DNA of 64,000 nucleotides from a gamma proteobacterium HTCC2207 (GTDB lineage Bacteria; Pseudomonadota; Gammaproteobacteria; Pseudomonadales; Porticoccaceae): NCBI GenBank assembly GCA_905182265.1, contig CAJJAO010000008.1, positions 5,742 to 69,741 of the forward strand, read 5' to 3'. Shown piece by piece: positions 60,279 to 64,000 of this stretch (position 1 is its first letter; each line of letters starts with the position of its first letter). The notes under the pieces were generated by a model. It saw only the letters and a program-made list of their open reading frames with translations, ran no database searches and was not told where the DNA came from. The position numbers and the translations under genes were made by a program.

Positions 60279-61523
60279 TCAACCTCTTGAGCTAACAAAC
60301 TCAGGATAGGCTTCCATCCCACACTCAGCGATATCAACACCGCTAAACTCTTCTTCTTCGCTGACTCGAATGCCCATAGTGGCTTTCAAGATACCCCAGA
60401 CGATTGCACTCACACCAAATACCCAAACAAAGATAGTGGCAGCACCAATCAACTGGCCAGAGAAAGAAGATGCATCATTGGTAACAGGTACCAGCATCAG
60501 ACCTAACAGGCCCACAACACCGTGGACAGAAATTGCACCAACGGGGTCATCGAGCTTCAACTTGTCGAGGGCTAGGATACTAAATACCACCAACACACCA
60601 CCAGCAGCACCAAACAGAGTCGCCTGCAATGCAGTCGGTGTAGATGGCTCAGCAGTAATAGCTACTAGACCAGCCAGAGCACCGTTAAGGGCCATGGTTA
60701 AATCAGCCTTACCAAACAACAAGCGAGCCAGTAACAGAGCTCCAATAAGACCACCAGCGGCAGCAGCGTTAGTATTCATAAACACAACCGCAACAGCGTT
60801 GGCACTTTCAACAGAGGCAGTCGCAAGAACCGAGCCACCGTTAAAGCCAAACCAACCTAGCCAGAGGATAAACGTACCCAGGGTTGCCATAGGCAAGTTC
60901 GCACCAGGAATCGCATTGACCTGACCATTGGGACCATACTTACCCTTACGAGCACCCAGCAGCAACACACCAGCAAGCGCAGCAGAAGCACCAGCCATAT
61001 GCACGATACCGGAACCGGCAAAGTCAGAGAAGCCAAGGTCACCTAGAGTGTACATACCAAAGACAGAAGCGCCGCCCCAAGTCCAAGAACCTTCCATTGG
61101 GTAGATAAAGCCAGTCATGACAACAGCAAAGGCTAAGAATGCCCACAGCTTCATGCGCTCAGCAACAGAGCCAGAAACAATCGACATAGCTGTAGCAACG
61201 AACACAACCTGGAAGTAAAAGTCAGCCGATGGTGCATAGGTAGCAGGCTCTTCAACACCAGTGGCGCCATCGCCAGTAATACCGCTTAAGAAGTAATCAA
61301 AACTTCCACCGCCGTACATAATTCCGTAACCGCAGATCATGTACATGGTGCAGGCAACGGCATAGAGCGCAATGTTTTTAGTGAGAATTTCAGTGGTGTT
61401 TTTAGAGCGGACTAAACCAGCTTCGAGCATGGCAAAACCAGCTGCCATCCACATCACTAGGGCGCCACACATCAAGAAATAAAAGGTATCTAGTGCGTAC
61501 TGTAATTGAAATACATCAGTCAT
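60279..61523 (-). CDS. amtB: Ammonium transporter
   Basis: AGFAMLEAG, DFAGSGIVH, GWFGFNGGS, DDPVGAISVHG (twin His retained). Confidence 0.96.
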   Translation of the reverse strand: MTDVFQLQYALDTFYFLMCGALVMWMAAGFAMLEAGLVRSKNTTEILTKNIALYAVACTMYMICGYGIMYGGGSFDYFLSGITGDGATGVEEPATYAPSADFYFQVVFVATAMSIVSGSVAERMKLWAFLAFAVVMTGFIYPMEGSWTWGGASVFGMYTLGDLGFSDFAGSGIVHMAGASAALAGVLLLGARKGKYGPNGQVNAIPGANLPMATLGTFILWLGWFGFNGGSVLATASVESANAVAVVFMNTNAAAAGGLIGALLLARLLFGKADLTMALNGALAGLVAITAEPSTPTALQATLFGAAGGVLVVFSILALDKLKLDDPVGAISVHGVVGLLGLMLVPVTNDASSFSGQLIGAATIFVWVFGVSAIVWGILKATMGIRVSEEEEFSGVDIAECGMEAYPEFVSSRG

Positions 61524-61538
61524 TATTTAATCCTCAGG

Positions 61539-61898
<360 letters not shown>

Positions 61899-61911
61899 TC
61901 AATCGACATCT

Positions 61912-61941
61912 AAACAGGGCAGCCGAAGCTACCCGTTTTTT
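61912..61941 (-). terminator. Hairpin between torF and glnK (weak terminator or mRNA stabiliser)
   Basis: Minus strand aaacgggtagc-TTCG-gctgccctgttt with a short U-tail. Confidence 0.5.
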
Positions 61942-61968
61942 GAATGAGAAAATTAGAAGGTTAAAAAA

Positions 61969-62057
61969 TTACAGTTTCTGTTACAGCCTTTATCACAGAA
62001 ACTATTTACAGGAGCTATTTACTGCGGCTACTTAAAGCGGCCATTTAAAGCGACTTA
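61969..62057. repeat. 12-13 bp tandem array diverging progressively from the torF 3' end
   Basis: ttaaagcgactta (gene end) / ttaaagcggccat / ttactgcggctac / ttacaggagctat / cacagaaactat / ttacagcctttat / ttacagtttctg. Confidence 0.7.
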
Positions 62058-62707
62058 GAAATAGTCAGAACAAACTCGTTATCGGCATACAAAGCGCCAG
62101 TTTCTGAAGAGTCGATCCAAGACAGGTCAAAGCCAAGACCAGCAGCTTCAGTGCTTAATGACAAACCGTAATCGTCAGCTTCATTAGCAACGTCATCTGC
62201 ACTCATGGTGCCGTAATGGAAACCTAGGCTAAAATCGTCGCCCAGAGCAACGGAGTAATCGACATAGAGGTATGTGCTTGAACCCGTTGAAGCGTAGTAA
62301 TCATCTGAAATAGCAAAACCTACAGTCGCATCAGCAAAAGAAACGCTACCATAAACTTCTTCAAACTCTTCTGAACTTGGACCCTGTGGGTAGCCGTAGT
62401 AGAGGTAACCAATGTCATAGCTGACTTCGTCAGAAAACGAACCGCCGTAGCCCGCATAATAATCCAGCTCTAAACCGCCAGAAAAGTCGATGCTAGACGC
62501 CCAGGTACCCACGTAAAATCCGCTTTCAAAGCCGACATCAAAACCACCAGACAATGCTTCGCCACCCGACTGGTCAATACCGCGGAAAAAATAGTCCGAA
62601 CCAATAGCAACATTTCCAGATACTTCAGCAGCCATTGCAGTGGCGCCAGACATTAGAGTTGCGGCAAAAATTACAGTTTTTAAAGCTTTCATAGGTACAT
62701 CTCCCAA
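62045..62707 (-). CDS. TorF-family (TIGR02001-like) putative outer-membrane beta-barrel
   Basis: Signal peptide, SDYFFRG, GFYVGTWAS, ELDYYAGY, YDIGYLYY; upstream of glnK-amtB. Confidence 0.85.
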   Translation of the reverse strand: MGDVPMKALKTVIFAATLMSGATAMAAEVSGNVAIGSDYFFRGIDQSGGEALSGGFDVGFESGFYVGTWASSIDFSGGLELDYYAGYGGSFSDEVSYDIGYLYYGYPQGPSSEEFEEVYGSVSFADATVGFAISDDYYASTGSSTYLYVDYSVALGDDFSLGFHYGTMSADDVANEADDYGLSLSTEAAGLGFDLSWIDSSETGALYADNEFVLTISKSL

Positions 62708-62781
62708 GACGTAAAGTTATAAGTGACAAGTAAATTAAAAATTAAAATTCTGTTTTTGTAGTGAGGCTACATCTGGGTTAT

Positions 62782-62797
62782 TGCATTTACCGTGCCA
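62782..62797 (-). promoter_or_regulatory. sigma54 (-24/-12) promoter for torF-glnK-amtB
   Basis: Minus strand TGGCACGGTAAATGCA (GG-N10-GC). Confidence 0.8.
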
Positions 62798-62848
62798 ACC
62801 TTTAAAACCCTTAAAATACGGGCTATTATTTGTGTTACAGGGGTTATT

Positions 62849-62946
62849 TGAACCAGATTGGTGCGTAAATTAGGTGCTGCCCGTAATCAGGCGCACCAAT
62901 CTGGACAAATGTGACGTCGCCCATAAAACTGCACCCATCAGGGGCA
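62849..62946. promoter_or_regulatory. Three NtrC-type enhancer sites
   Basis: TGAACCAGATTGGTGCG (62849-65), CGCACCAATCTGGACAA (62892-908), TGCACCCATCAGGGGCA (62930-46) versus consensus TGCACC-N5-GGTGCA. Confidence 0.72.
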
Positions 62947-62986
62947 AAACATTTGCTAAAGTAGCGGGCCAAATGGAGGCTAACCA

Positions 62987-63238
62987 ATGAACCCTGAAGA
63001 CCTACACAAACAAATCTTAGAGCAGTTCAACAAAACCTTTGACGGTGCCCAAGCCATGAGCGACGAAGTTAAAGGCCATTTGCGCAGCGCCATGATGAGT
63101 ACCTTTAGTAAGCTAGATATAATCACGCGAGAAGAGTTCGACGCCCAAAAAGCAGTACTGGTACGCTCCAGAGAAAAGGTTGAGGCACTAGAAATACTGC
63201 TTACAGAAATCGAATCAAAGCTATCTACTAATCACTAA
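62987..63238 (+). CDS. ubiK: Accessory factor UbiK (BMFP/YqiC family)
   Basis: SKLDIITREEFDAQKAVLVRSREKVEALE. Confidence 0.9.
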   Translation: MNPEDLHKQILEQFNKTFDGAQAMSDEVKGHLRSAMMSTFSKLDIITREEFDAQKAVLVRSREKVEALEILLTEIESKLSTNH

Positions 63239-63341
63239 CTAACAACCCACAGCGACCCATAAGCTGTCTGCACGAGCAATTGCCACTTCGTGACAAGAAC
63301 GGAATCGCATGCACTATCATCCACCATAAGGAATAGTTGTC

Positions 63342-64000
63342 ATGTCACTGGCCACCGTGCAGACCCGCGCCAAACTAGGTATACAGGCGCCCGCCGTCTC
63401 CGTCGAAGTCCACCTGTCCAACGGCCTACCCGCCTTTCATATAGTGGGTCTCCCAGAAACCGCCGTTAAAGAAAGTAAAGACCGAGTACGCAGCGCTATT
63501 ATCAATGCCCACTTCGACTTTCCCGCACGGCGCATTACCGTTAACCTAGCGCCAGCAGAGCTCCCCAAAGAAGGCACCCGTTTCGACCTAGCCATAGCTA
63601 TAGGCATTCTTGCCGCCTCGGGTCAGGTGCCAACAGACCTTTTAGAGCAGTATGAATTTATTGGTGAGCTGGCCCTTTCCGGCGAACTACGCTCAGTGGA
63701 AGCCGTATTACCCTCCGCACTAGGTTGCGCAGCAAATCAAAAACAGCTCATCATCAGTACCAGCAATGCCAATGAAGCTGCATTAGTAGATTCATTAACC
63801 GTATTGCCCGCCAACCACTTATTAGAAGTCTCCGCCCACCTGCATCAGCGGGAAAGCCTGCAACCCTGGCAGCCAACCGCCACTATCCTTGAGGAACATG
63901 GCCCCCAACTCAACGAAGTGATCGGCCAAGACCATGCCAAAAGAGCTCTAGAAATAGCCGCTAGCGGAGGTCACCACCTACTATTTTACGGCCCACCAGG
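63342..64000 (+). CDS. comM: ComM/YifB Mg-chelatase-like AAA+ ATPase (3'-truncated by the window edge; absent from the ORF track)
   Basis: MSLATVQTRA..VEVHLSNGLPAFHIVGLPETAVKESKDRVRSA..RITVNLAPAELPKEG.RFDLAIA; ends at GGHHLLFYGPP(G). Confidence 0.93.
   Translation, partial: MSLATVQTRAKLGIQAPAVSVEVHLSNGLPAFHIVGLPETAVKESKDRVRSAIINAHFDFPARRITVNLAPAELPKEGTRFDLAIAIGILAASGQVPTDLLEQYEFIGELALSGELRSVEAVLPSALGCAANQKQLIISTSNANEAALVDSLTVLPANHLLEVSAHLHQRESLQPWQPTATILEEHGPQLNEVIGQDHAKRALEIAASGGHHLLFYGPP

Overview
Chromosomal window of a marine gammaproteobacterium; gene content and synteny suggest Cellvibrionales, SAR92/Porticoccaceae-like (inference). Left to right: (1) a lipid-linked accessory block: 5'-truncated TonB-dependent receptor, two SDR-type oxidoreductases, an AraC regulator and an alkyl-DHAP-synthase-like/GlpD-like/FGGY-kinase operon; (2) a solitary Hbl/Nhe/ClyA-type alpha-pore-forming-toxin-like gene; (3) two class-III aminotransferases, gabD and a DUF2459 gene; (4) the core block hslVU-DUF971-ubiEJB-hisIE-tatABC, then ychJ, yajQ and msrB; (5) a TPP-riboswitch-controlled thiamine uptake/salvage operon; (6) Tag-like, LysE, an unannotated 59-aa ORF, XRE, GDPD and acs genes; (7) a HexR-regulated Entner-Doudoroff cluster; (8) murJ-ribF-ileS-lspA-fkpB-ispH and rpsT; (9) two long nested inverted-repeat elements; (10) hom-thrC, dsbC and a sigma54/NtrC-type torF-glnK-amtB unit with a second PII gene; (11) ubiK and a 3'-truncated comM/yifB. 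No rRNA, tRNA, CRISPR, transposase or phage structural genes were recognised. The most unusual signals are the orphan toxin-like gene, a putative ether-lipid salvage island, the two rod-like inverted-repeat elements, and recurrent degenerate 12-21 bp tandem arrays, mostly at gene 3' ends, one of which has extended GAPDH in frame.
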